Below are positions 1 to 13,000 of a DNA stretch of 34,629 bases, in pieces. Location: NCBI GenBank assembly GCA_000934665.2, contig JYFJ02004114.1, forward strand, positions 1-34,629, read 5' to 3'. The translations under genes were made by a program, and so were the position numbers. The DNA is from Catajapyx aquilonaris. Its lineage: Eukaryota. The notes beneath the pieces are model-generated. The model was not told the origin of the DNA and made no database searches. It saw only the letters and a program-made list of their open reading frames with translations. Every line of letters begins with the position of its first letter. Position 1 is the stretch's first letter.

Positions 1-3000
1 CCTTTTTGCTCCACTTGTAATCCCTCCTTCAGTCCAATCAACTTCCAAGTGCTTACCGGAACCGAGATAAAAGTCGCTACCTTGGAAGCAATTCATGAAC
101 CGCGTGACAGTTATCAGTTGCAGGAACTATATGACTTGTGCTATGAATTTTTTAACGTCATCTTGTGCCACAAGTCCATACATGAAGTTATGCCACCTAA
201 GCTTCACTTTCTTTAAAGCATCATAACTGTTACAAAGCGGCGCAGTTGAAGACATGCGGCTCACTCTGTACAGGCCACGTTTCCACGGCAGCATCAGTAA
301 GGCAAGAAAAACAAGTTGGTTCAAATCGGAAAACATAACCAGCAACTCCGGTCATCATTCTGGAGGAGAAAAACAGGCCGTCAAGTCTCGTATATAGCCT
401 GTACCCTGGCCAGTCTTGTGCTCAATAGAGAGCAGAAAATGTGGGGAAGTCGTAAACACGTCAGGAAAACCTATTTTCCCACGACAGGCTCAGAAAGGTT
501 CATGCTTCATTTCACCCTTCCCTCCCAGTTGACAACTTAATATCTAAAGCGTTCATCGGAACGGATCGAACCATATTTTTGTCTACTTTTTTTCTCTCCT
601 TGTCCATTTCCACTTCGATAGTCTTACAAATATTGTTTCTAGTTACCACACAGCCATTCCGGTGGCAATGTGGCTGAGTATCACCGGAGTTTGACGGCGC
701 CTTGTCTGACACGACATGTCCCCAATGGCGCAAGTCTGGAGCTGCGGTAGGAAATGAGTTGCCAGCTCAATCCTTTCCTGCCTCGCCAGAACATATTGAT
801 TAACTGACAGGTGCCATGTCTGCATTTACGACTACCCCCCACTCACTGCTCCAATGACTCTCCACTAAAATAGGAAATTACTAACACCCACCATCAGGCG
901 ACTTCTCCTCAGAAAGTTTCCAGGGGCACTGTTTCTGAAAGGCTGCATCACTTTGATTAATGTCTGCTACGTCGTACAGGCACCGCTCGAGGAGTGCTGG
1001 ATGCAAGTCAGGTGAATGCTAAAAGGCACTTGCAAATGCTACTTCCTACTAATGACTTTTCTTATTCAACGGGACCTAACTTGTCACGTGTGAAACGACC
1101 CGCGACTTTCCTGCAGGAAGGAACCTGCAGTTAAAATCCAATTTGATGCTACAACAAAGCATTAACCGCTCTAAGGACGTCTGGGACGGCTTAATTAAAC
1201 ATGATCGAGTTCAAGTGTCAGCATTACCTTACAACAAAAGGTGTGATGATCTCTTCCTTTACAGTAGATGCCATTGCTCTACAACAATATTGGCTTTGAG
1301 ATTGCTGTCAAATTAATCACACACGATAAGGAGCAGTACGAGAAATCTACATCTCCAGGCTTAAAATAACTATAGGTTAAATTGGGGGCTGGGTTAATGT
1401 TTTGGTGAATCACATGTCCTTGATCCTTCATTACGGGTTACCCCAATCCGCCGATAAGAGCAGTCACAAGCTAGCAATTGATACAGCTCGTTATTTTCAA
1501 CAAAAACCGATCCCCATAACTCATGCTGTTGTGAAAACATTACTTCCCACATATTGCATCAGATCTGATGGTGAATCCTGTACAGCCTGGACTATCCATA
1601 AATATTTTATGGGCAATGCAACTTTCCATATTGTCGTAAGTGAAAGATACATGTCTCCTCAACCATGTACGCTTTTTAAAAGGCCAGCATGATCTTTTTC
1701 TGAACAAATCGCAACGCGTCACCAACTTTTGCGAATGACTCTCACACTTCCTCTGCCTGCATAAAGAATCTGGAGCTGGCAACTCTCCTAATGAATAAAA
1801 AAGGAGCTAAAAATCTTCCTATCCTAATGCGGCGTCTGGAGCCAAAGGCTTCAGCCAAGAAAAGGCTCCCTCTCGACCTCTCCTGCTTGAAATCCTAAAA
1901 TCTCAGAGAAGAGAGTCGTAAAACTGGTCCAGATTGCGAGTCCTCCCCATCCACAGTAGAGTGCTGGCCCAACGACCTTGTCAAGATCCGGGCATGACCG
2001 GGTGCCCGCTTTCTGCAATCAATAGGCGGCAGACACCTTTTTTGAAGGGTCCTCTCTTTCTCAAAGGGGGTAACATTCCACCGGTATTCTTCAACCAATA
2101 CAGGCCCCCTTCACCATGGCATGCAATCGCGATTCATCACTTCGGGGACATTCATCGTCCTTTCTATGTTTACGCCTGTGCTAACTCGGGTTTGGGCAGC
2201 CATATGGCAGGAATCCAAGATGGCGAGAGAGTTCGTCCCTTCTCTTAACCCCAGCAGCATCCAGGTGGGAGACAGTCGCAAATGGGGGGTAACACATGCG
2301 TCTGAATTAATTACATTGGGAGGAGTGTGTGGTGCCACGTTTGTGTGCGAGTGACACAAAGGACAGTTTCAGTGAAGGGTAAGCCCTCCAGCTGACAATT
2401 AGCTCCAAGTAGATTCACATGTTTCCTATCCTCCTACTGTCACATTTATATCGGTACCTATAGTGTGTTTTTGATAGACATATGGCACTCACTCCGGTGG
2501 CGCCTCCTGGACTTTGACAACTGATACGCCAATGTGGACAAGGTGGCCACATAGCAGGGATGCCATTTAAAACTGAGGTCTTCAAAACAAACTATTGGGC
2601 GTTTCAAAGAACTATTTGTGTAGAGCTATTTGTATGTGTCGAATTTAAGTAATCCCCGTGTCGCCTTTCAAAGAAGTGGCGCAGACCTGATGAGATGTCG
2701 GCAGCAGAGATGAACAAGGATACAAACCTGGAAAGAAGAAAGATTCGGTGTAAATAACATGGTTCACAATAAATAACATACTCTAAATTACAGTATTGTA
2801 TGAAAGAAAAAATCACTGAGAATACTGATTGTTTCAGATCCCGAGGAACGCACCTGTAAAATAATGACTGTTCAAGATTGCTAACACACAAAAAAAACTT
2901 GGGATCCACTGGACTAGATAAACAGCCAGTCAGTGGAGTGGAACCTCCTGCTGCTTTACACTTTAAAATAAGTGATTGGTCCCAACATGAAAGCCTTAAA

Positions 3001-6000
3001 AACATCACAAAATCAATGTAGCCACTGGCGAATGAATGATGTCACGGTATCAACCCACATCATGCTCGACAACAAATCAAGAGTGCACTCAAATTTTGCG
3101 GTTGCTGTTCACTTTGCAGACTACAAAAGGTAATTTTGCTGGCTAAAGCTATATAGTACAGTCGCTACTAATAAGCGGCTAATGCAATTACTACGGCTGA
3201 ATCTGTCATCTACGTAGCTTTCTGTTCAATCACAATAAGCGTCTATCGGGCCATACACAAATTGCTGCAACTGCATCAGTCAAGTCACGCAATTTGCCAA
3301 ACACTATATCGAAAATGAACAGAAAAGGTCAGTATTCCTCACAAAGAGGGAAGCGTCTTCATTTATTTTTCATAGTCTGCGGGCGTTCAACTTTTCCCCT
3401 CAAGTGACACGCAGGACAGCAGCAGCCTCCCCCATTACCTCCTTCAATTGTCTGGCGTGCTTTTTGGGAAGCTTATTAAAGAGTTGGAAGAGAGAGAGAG
3501 AGAAAAAAAAGTTTGGTCCCATCCCAAAGGACCCCTCGCCATGCATTCGATATCGGTCGTGGTTAAAAATGGTTGCTCTTCCTTTGCATTAATCATTCAA
3601 GAGATGGCCCGCCACACAACGGGAAAAGCCCCGATGAATAAATGAGTGGTCGGACAGGTGGAAAACCCCGTGTTTGCATACTCAAGTCGGAAGCACACTC
3701 TTCGACGCCCGTCCTCGTTGACATCCCAGCATTTTTTGTGGTCCGTCTTTCAATCTCGTTTCGCCAGATGAGACTCTCACTCAAAAGATAAAAATCGTTT
3801 GTAGTTGGCAGTGCAAGCCAGACTATTACGCCATTTATTAGAGCACACTGCAAATTCGGCATCCTAAAAACTAGGCCACCACTCAGGTCATACTTCTATT
3901 TTTGGAGCCACACCCATTACAGCAAAATTCGTAAAAAAAAAAAAGTAGACCCCCCCAAATAATAAATTCACCAGCAGCCTTCCCACAAAGATTGGGCTCG
4001 TAACTAACCCTGAGGGTTATGCCCCCATGAGTTTCAGAAATAGACCAATGATAATGCATCCGAAATTTTAGGGAGCATTTTCTGAGCATGACTTTGGCCC
4101 ACTTTAGGCCGCCACTATCATTCCAGCCGCATTTTCCCCAAACGCGTTTTAAGGGTTGGAAGTAGAAGGGTGTGGGTGTTGCTGGGAGGTTAGGGGGGGA
4201 TAAGTAATTGCCATCGTTAGCAGCAGGTACGATATCAGCATTCTACTGGGGAAAACTTTTGGAGCGCCAAACCCCCCAAAACCTTTTTTTTTCTTGGGTA
4301 AATTGGTTGCTGCGGCACTTGCAGGACTTCCTTCGTTATTCCAACTTTGGATTAGTTGCTGTGGTCGTTTTCAAGAGTATAGAGGGAAAGAGGGGGGGCA
4401 CACTCTGAAGGAATAAAGGAGTGTTCAACAGACGCCTGAAAATGAAGCTGATGGCAGCCTGAGCGGTACACGAGAAAAAAAGGGGGCTTTCAGATGAGAC
4501 AAACCTTCAAAAAGATATGGGTTGAAGAAAAAAAAAAGGTGGAAGATAAGAGGCGAATAGTGGCAGATAAAAAAAAAGGTGGCATCTCTCCCCCAAAAAA
4601 CGAATAAAAGATGTTTTGAGAACGACAGCGATAAAATTGATTAATGTCCAAGAGAAGTGAGAAAGTGAGAGAGTTCATGGTGGAATCTGCTTCCCAAAAA
4701 ATACCGCAATTCTTTTTATGGGATACTTCGATACGGCTCTCTGAACAAGCGCGCACATTCATCACGCGAATTAAAAAAAACTGAAGAAATAAATTGCACG
4801 TGGCAAAAACGTTGTCCATTCACTCAGACATTTATGAATGACAGTAGACATGCATCCCAAGGCGGGGCCTGGAGCACAACTGAGCATGAGCTGTGAATAA
4901 ATCAGTGAACTGTAATTACACATTACAACGATCTGTTAGTTGAAGGCTTTCTTACTTGAGATAATGTGACGTAAGCCTGTGTTGCATCCAGGTTACTACC
5001 TCAATTTCTCACCTATCTCGGAACATTCCCCTGCACATTCCCCGCAGGAAATACATGGCGCATTGACACTCCCCTGGAGACAATCCTATACTATAACAGC
5101 CCATAGGCTGATTCGTCCTGAGGGACACATCCTTCCGTTCTAATCATCACGGTCGAAAAGTGCATATACAGCATCGCACCGTATTGCATCTTCCTCATCG
5201 TGACTGGTGCATCAATCAGCCAACCACCGTCGCCCGTTTCCCCCTCCTCTCTATCCCCCAAAATCCGGGTCAGGGTCGTACACCGGATTTGCATAGCGAC
5301 GAGCATGTCAGAGTAGCAAGTCGGAGCCATTTCCCCCCAGCTACATAATGTTTGCGGGCTCCATATTTTAACCCCCTTTCGGCCAGAAATGGACCAGCCG
5401 CAAGCCAAGTGCTGATAGAGACACCGGGACACTGACCAGTTCCAGCCATTGGCCCATTTCCGGCTGGACAAAACTGGCCACCAGGCATCTGACCTCCATG
5501 CAAGTGCAACACTCCATGTTCCACATACTGTATAATCCGGCAGCTGGTCGATAATACTGCGACGTCTCGGATTTACTGGCACACTTCGCCAGAACGTGCA
5601 CCGCTCTGCACTGTACGTTATGGCGGGCTTATTGGGTTCATCTCAGGCCTGTACATGCCACGGAAAAAATTTATGCCGCAGTCGCTCGTTCTGTTAACTT
5701 AAGAGCTACAGTTATACGCTTGCTAGAATTGTTCTTAGGTCGATAAAAAAAAATATGGGTATCAGATTATACAGGCTGGAGAAACCTTGTCGTTGGCAGG
5801 TCCAAGAGTGCCGATCCCAAAATTGCAAAATTCTCTAATGATTGTCGAACAACATGTCGGAAGAATTCTCTTCGTATAGTATGTGTTAGGAGTACACGGC
5901 TGAAGTAATAGCTGTGTACTGTCTATAGTGCCGCCAATGCTGAAAAATAAACATTTAGGAACTGCTAATATGTCCAGCACTGTATACATCTCAATTTCTG

Positions 6001-6396
6001 CAGCCTTGATATTGCTATAAACCGAGATTTCTCATTTCGGACATGCGAGATTAGTAAGACTACCTCGACCTCAGACCTCATTAGTCCCATATGCTAGTTC
6101 CTCCCTGACGTCAACTATTCCTGCCCTTCGTTGCCAAGCAACACTCCCAAGTCCCATAGTCCCTCTTCCAATTGGGTATTCATTGGTACGTATATGCCTT
6201 ATCTGCTGCGTAATCCAGCACGTGTATGTAGTCTATTGGGAACCTCCTGAAGTATATAATTACTCGTACTTATTTTGTGAGAGGATTGGTACATCCAGTG
6301 GATATAAATCAGCAAATGAGGCGTAATTTTGATAGTTAGGAATGTTACTTCTCAGGTACGATGGATTATCAAAAAAAAAATTGTACGAGTACACTG

Positions 6397-6618
6397 TAAA
6401 CCGCAAAACAATAAAAGAGCATAACTACTGAATCTCCCAGGGAGCATTAGTGAGGACTGTATGGAACATTATTACTCTCAACATGGAGCATTAGTGAGCA
6501 TTTTAAGTGGTCTTTTTAACTGATTAATGCTCCATGTTGACATTGATAACGTTCCATACAATCCTCACTTAATGCGCTATGGGAGACTCAGACTGCTCTT
6601 ATAATGCTTTGCAGTTTA
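6397..6618. repeat. Long imperfect inverted repeat (foldback), MITE-like
   Basis: 6428-6498 (CTGAATCTCCCAGGGAGCATTAGTGAGGACTGTATGGAACATTATTACTCTCAACATGGAGCATTAGTGAG) matches the reverse complement of 6520-6591. Outer arms 6397-6421 and 6594-6618 also pair. The loop is about 21 nt. Confidence 0.92.
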
Positions 6619-7048
6619 GCAAAAAATTATAGTGAAAGGTGACATTCATTACATGTCCATTCTGTCCACTGGGCATAACTCTCCATCCCCATTTTTTTAC
6701 ACGCAAATCTTGCGCGAGTAGATTTAATCCGATCGGATCCTAATTTCACGTAATGCACGCCTATTTATCGTACTTGAGCTTCCCCGAGAGAGAGAAAAAA
6801 AAATGAACGGCGAGCGCAATTTGCACATGAAAAATAGGAGCATCGCGTGCAAAACGCTCTGCTGCTTCTCCCCAATTCCCTTAGTCGGATCCTCTCTCGA
6901 AAATCCAGCAGGGTAGGTGGTGCCTATTGGATGTGCAATAGTGGGGGCCAGGGGCGGGGCAGGCAAGGAGGGCTTGGAGAGGCATCGCTTTTCTGCCCCG
7001 CGGAGCCTAAAACGCGTCGAGTCCCCCGGATCCTCCATCCACCAAAAA

Positions 7049-7064
7049 GGGTGGGTGGGTGGGT
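7049..7064 (+). other. Perfect (GGGT)4 G-quadruplex motif
   Basis: GGGTGGGTGGGTGGGT read directly from the sequence. Confidence 0.7.
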
Positions 7065-10000
7065 AGAGGGGGAATGTGGACACCTGACAAATGCCCCACC
7101 AAATTGCACTTGGCAATTCTCGGCCAGCAAATCGGCCTCACCCGACGGATATGGAGGGGGCCAAAGTGGGGTCCAACAATTGGGGCCACTGCGCCCAATC
7201 TTTCTCACTCACTCCCTCCTGGACCACCGAGGGATGTGACGGAAGTCGTTTGATTCCATTTATGCATGAGGAGTATGTCAACATGATGTTGCCAATGTGC
7301 ACGGTTATATCGCCCGTAAGAGATGACAGGCCTCTCAAGGAAAAAGCTGGAACATGATCCGCACTTTACTAAAATAACTCTGCCTATGCCTTTTCTCGCC
7401 TCTTAATTCTTTGCGAAATAGACAGCTTCCGGAAGGCGGGGACCGCTTCCAGTATATCTTACTAAAATGCGGCTTGCCACCATCCTCTTTATCTTGGCGG
7501 ATGATGTGATTCTCCAGTTACCTGGCGTTAAAACTTGGGGAGAGATCTAAAAAGGTTCATTCTCCAGCCTTATCTTAATCCCATCATAATGTAGATAAAT
7601 TACGTAGGCACTAATTCTGCACCGGAATTCCTCCTACTTTTCCCAAAGACCTGGGTGGCCCTTGCCAGTAGACGAATCTGCTGCCGGCATAACTCTCGGG
7701 GTCACGGGAGAAACGCAAGCCACCCCCACCACCACGACAAGGTATAGTCGGGGGGTCCGCAATCAGTTTTCAGACATTTAGCACAGGATTTCATATAGTT
7801 TGCATCCTTGCAAATGATTTACTGTGAAACTCTCATGCCAATTTAGGTTACCACATCATCAGGGGGCGTGCTTAATTGTTACAAAAGTTGCTGATGCTTT
7901 TAGTTGTGGAGCGCCATTCTTTGCATTCTGCATTAGCGGCTGATGTAACTACCCATTTGTTTTCGAGCAAATTGAGGGTGCGGAGGCAGGGGGGTGTATA
8001 TAGTAGAACTGAGGACAGCAGATGTCATGGCGTGCTGGGGGACTCCCCAGTGGTATGCACCGATTAGTCGCAACGGGTCTGCTGACATTGTTGCCGCCTG
8101 GTATTACCAAGGGAGCATGCAAGTTGACATGCACTGTGTAAAATTGCCGAGTGAAGGATATAATGACATTACAGAGGTAATCATACGGCCGCATCAAAAA
8201 AAAACCAACTTTTCCCTCCATGCTCATAGGCTCAGTTCGGGACGAGAATCTCGATTACCATTAATCTGGCGCATAATCGATCCAGGAAAACCTCGTGCGG
8301 TAACAAAAAAAAGGGGGGGGGGGAGAGACAGGGAGAGAGAATGGACCGTAACCATTGTTGCGTGCCGGAATAAACAATGCGGCTGGTTCATTATGCAAGT
8401 CGACGCTATACGCAGTAATCCCTCCGCAATGGAAATTCGCGGCAATATCCTGGATTACAGGAAACCCACGATGCACTCCAGCAGGTGTGGTTGCATAGGT
8501 GACAGGCGCAGACGTGTATGCAATCGGTCAAGAATGTTTTTGGGTTGGGACCCTTCGAACCACAAGGTGATTCACTAATTTCTCTTACCGACACATGCCA
8601 CAGTGTGAGTCATAAAAGAATGTCCGCCACAGCTGAGTCGCACGAGACACCCTTGCCTTTTTGACCTCACAGTCCTTTATGATTCCTTCCTCGACTATAC
8701 AATGTCAGTCCTGCCCACTATTGAACCAGGCACACCTGGCCGTATGAACACAATGCAGTCCGGAGCCTTCTTGAGTGCTTGTCAAATCCATCCCAGCAAC
8801 AAGAGAGCTACCTGGCACACGGTAGGCCATGTCACGGTTCGTCACGTTTTAATGTACGCTATGCTATTAAACAATCGAGCTTATCATATGAACAAAGTAC
8901 TTGGCGTGTATGCACCCATTTCATGTCGCAAGACCTGATAATTATGCTAATCAAGCGCTGCTCCAGTAAAATGAACTACCAGGGCATTATATCTAGGTCC
9001 GTGTTGAACTTGCTTAAAGAACCGAAAAACCGTTTCTGCCGTGTCAGTAGCCACCTCCTTCGGGGCAGTAATTTCAAACTGCTCCCCAAAAAAATGGTAT
9101 TGCAAGGCTACTTTTTGCACGCTCTCAAACCCCCCTCGGGATAATTTGGTAGCAACTTTCCCACCTGGCCCGAGGGGGCTCACCTTTGCATAAAGAAGCA
9201 CCAGTACACATGCGAAGGTATTGCTGACAGAAAATATCTTTCTGGGGCAACTGCCAGCAAGTGAATATTGGAGCAAAAGATGGGAAAAATCGCCGCTACT
9301 TTTCCCACTCAAGGGTTAAAACAGGCTAAGTGTAGCCCAATGAGTCACTCGCTTCCTGAGGTTTTCGTTTCTTTTTATTTTTTATTTTGTTCTTTCCTTC
9401 CCCTAAACCTCAACCACACGCGAGGAGATATGAAAAGACCCCCAGAATATGTGTTGCTTGTGCGCGAAATTAGCGTTTACATGCACGGTGAACGAACTCA
9501 GAACGGGCAAGGTCATCACGATGCACGCACGACATCGTGAAGTTTAGCCGTGTATATTTTTAGGAAACATGCTCAAAATTCGGCTGCAGAAATAAGTGAA
9601 ATTGATGAACACGCTACCAGCAACCCCTTTCTCTCGATTAATGTAATTGCAATATATATACGGAAACGTGTTGCTTACTACAGGAATCAGCAGGATCAAC
9701 TCTCACAATCTGCGTGAATGTGATCCACGATTGTTGCTTCTCTTCAAACTGGTTGCTGGTATAAACGATCAGTAACTTCTCTCATTTGATTGTGAACCTA
9801 TTAGGGCAGTTCACTACCCTGCATAAGCAAACCGTTTATTCCACGTAATGGCATTGGACTCCTTGCCTTCTAGCAACAGCTTACGGATACGGTGAGAATT
9901 ATACAGCCGAATTATTATGGCATGAATCACGATTACTCCAAATTATCCGTGGCGAAATGTTATTGGCCGGAAACCACAAACAGCATATTATACGGCGTGG

Positions 10001-13000
10001 TATAATGTTACATGGTCAATTACTATTCAATATCACATTCTTGTCGTATAACCATTGTCAACTGATTTTATGACACTTACTCGCATACGTACGGTATTAT
10101 CGGACCGCTGTATAGTACCATCGAAAACTCAACAGCAGAATTCTTTTTCCTGGAGTAAAAAGTTGCAAATATTTGGCCCACCTGCTTGGCTCTTGGATTT
10201 TTCACCTGCTTCCTCCCGTATGCAAAAACCCATCAATAATTGGAGTGAAGTAAGGAAGGTTGAATTTTCAGGTTAGGCGCTACTCTAAAATGCTAACGAG
10301 GATCTACAACATGTTTCCTTCATCTGCACTGTAAGCTTCCTCCAGGCCGCAAAAAGCGTAACAAGATTAGTTCAGAGCTCATTTTTGTCACCCACCAAGT
10401 CATAAGTAAATTATTTTCTCGTTGTTTCTCTGGAAAAGTTTGCTAATCTGATGCACCTGTCATGTCCAAAGCTCCAGAATTATCCAACGCTCAGTTTACA
10501 AAAAAATTTTGCATTTAGGTAATGCTGTGGTTGGTCCTCGCCAATTGCGCGTTTTATTTCACCATCCTTGCCTATATCCTGTCCCACAAGTCGGTGTGTC
10601 CCCACAAGTTCACCAAACTTTGACGATTCCGAGTGTTCCTTTTGGGGGGATGGAAGGAGCCCACTTCCGCTCAATCCCGGATTCCAAGACCTTTGTCGAA
10701 ATCGGAAAAGGGGTGCATATGACAACTTTTCACGCTGAGTTTCCCCATGCCTTTTTGAAGTTTCCTCCTTTCCCACCCATCCCCCCCATTTCTTTTTTTA
10801 TATCCATTCCTCCGCCGGCTGTCCCTGAAGCAACCGGACATGATTTTCCAGTAGACTACGTCAACAAGCTCGCCGAGTCAGTCAGAACTTTTTTTAAAAC
10901 ATAGAACCGTGAATAATGCGGTCGTTTTTCCATCTCCATTATTTGTAGGCCATGTGTGTTTACACTAACTTGAAGATAGATCCTGGATTTGTCTATCAGC
11001 AGGTTATGCACCTTCCTAGAGCGAATTTCTCACTCTATAATGATAATAGAGAAAAAAGCGGGGTTCCTCGGGGATTCCTGTGCACACCGGATTCCCTGAA
11101 TGATATTCGTCTCGACGTAACAATTCAATTGGTATTCAGCAGTCCTCGTCGCTTCATTCCAGGAAAGAGTGGTTGTTGCGAAGAAGAAAGTTGGGTGCCG
11201 ATGAATCAGTGTCGTTTCCTCCGGAGTCCTGAATCCAGTCATGGATGAGCTTCCCTTTTCCGTTTCAATCAGCCGCCTTCCCAATATCCGGACTCCGGAG
11301 CCTTTCCTTGGCGCCGTCCAAAGCTCTTCAAATCCCTTCACGCCTAATTCTCACCGGCACTCACATCGATCCCCTACTCCTTATTACCTTTATTAGCGTC
11401 AGCTTTGTTGGCTTCCAGGGCCCTGCACCGCATCCACACGTTTGCTTCCTAATCATGCCCAGAATAATGCTGACAGACCTCTGGCTGAGAAACACTCCAG
11501 CAGGGTTACAGGTCATAACTCACCCCCACTTTGTCTGCGGCAGGGAAACGGAGGGGAAACACTATAACAATAAGCCAACTTATTTATTTCCTCCGCAATT
11601 AAGCTCGGAAGTGGTCGGGCCCGGCTTCCTCAAAAGGCAACATTGGCAATATGTGAAAATCAGCATAATTCTGCTAAATATTCTACATGCGATTGAAATG
11701 AATTATGTCACCGTCTACAGTTGCAGAATAGTTTGAATTTTGGCGCAACATCAGTCACATTTTGAATGCTGGTTGTGTGTGGCCTTTTACATGATTGTGT
11801 ACTCAATAATTCATTTCGTCTCGTACTATATGACCTTTCGCTCGAGTGATTTGCAGCTGTTTGCAAAATGAATCGTGGGAACCAGTAGGGGAGAAGGGAA
11901 GTCCGGTCCTGCAGGTCATTATTAACTAACCATGTATGCAATGACCAGGTATGAGTAATATAAGTATACCGTCCCCAAAGGGATAATCCGGGTTACTGAC
12001 CTACCACACACAAACCCACTAAGCCCGCAATTGTACCCGAGTATTCTTGGACGAGCAGTATAGTAAAGGAGTGTTGTCCCACTTTGACAATCGCGGCTCT
12101 AATCCTAATAAATCCACCTCCGCAAGTAGCCACGTAATTAACAGCAATGCATGTAAATGAACCATCCCTGAGCGTGAGTCATTCTCCAGAGTCTGAGGTA
12201 ATCTCCACAATAATCGCAACTCCGCCTCCGGAAATGCACAGTCATACAACGACCATGAATCGGGTTGTTGGCATGCGGCACACTTTGCGCACATTCTAGG
12301 AAGCGGTTAATACTAAGAAAGCTTATACACTTCCCCCCGCACACCTTTCTCAAAAATTGCGAGTCGTTGCACAACCCCACGAGATTCAAGCTATAAATTT
12401 CGGAAGCTGATACGCTTCTACAATGTAAATGTTTCTTTGGTCCGAGGAGGCCCCAACTTTGTGCAGGCTCGGAATGAAACGAGGTCAAACTTGTTTCTCT
12501 GCCAAGTCGATCGGAAAATTCATCTCCTGGATGCGGTCGGGTCGCCAAAAAAAAGAGAAGAGGAGACAGAAAAAAAGGGGGTTACGACGCGACGGACGAC
12601 GGATAAAAAGGTACCCACAAAAAAAAAGTGATCGATCAGATGGATGCGACTCTCCTGGCCTGATTCATTAAGAATCATTCAACCCTGCACGGACCATCCA
12701 GCAGGCACGATATAATAAAAAGAGGTGCTGCATTGTGATGGGCAAATTACGTGCCAGCGAAGTTGGCGCTGGTGGATATTTCCTTGTAAAATTGTGCCTC
12801 GTAATTCATTCCCACTCGAAAGCAAGCTAAACGTCCTTCAACAGCCCAACAGGTTGTGTTTCCCACGATTCTTGACAGGCAGAAGCGCTAAAAGCTAATT
12901 ACGGTACCCCCCCCAGCTGCACATCAGTGATGACCAGATGAACTATACCAACCTCAATCCAGGTCGAATGCATTTGGGGGGTTCATTTAAACCCGACTGA

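Noticed and set aside
7994..8578. 194-aa plus-strand ORF
   Set aside because: Non-ATG start in the track, crosses A/G homopolymers and GA repeats, no domain signature.
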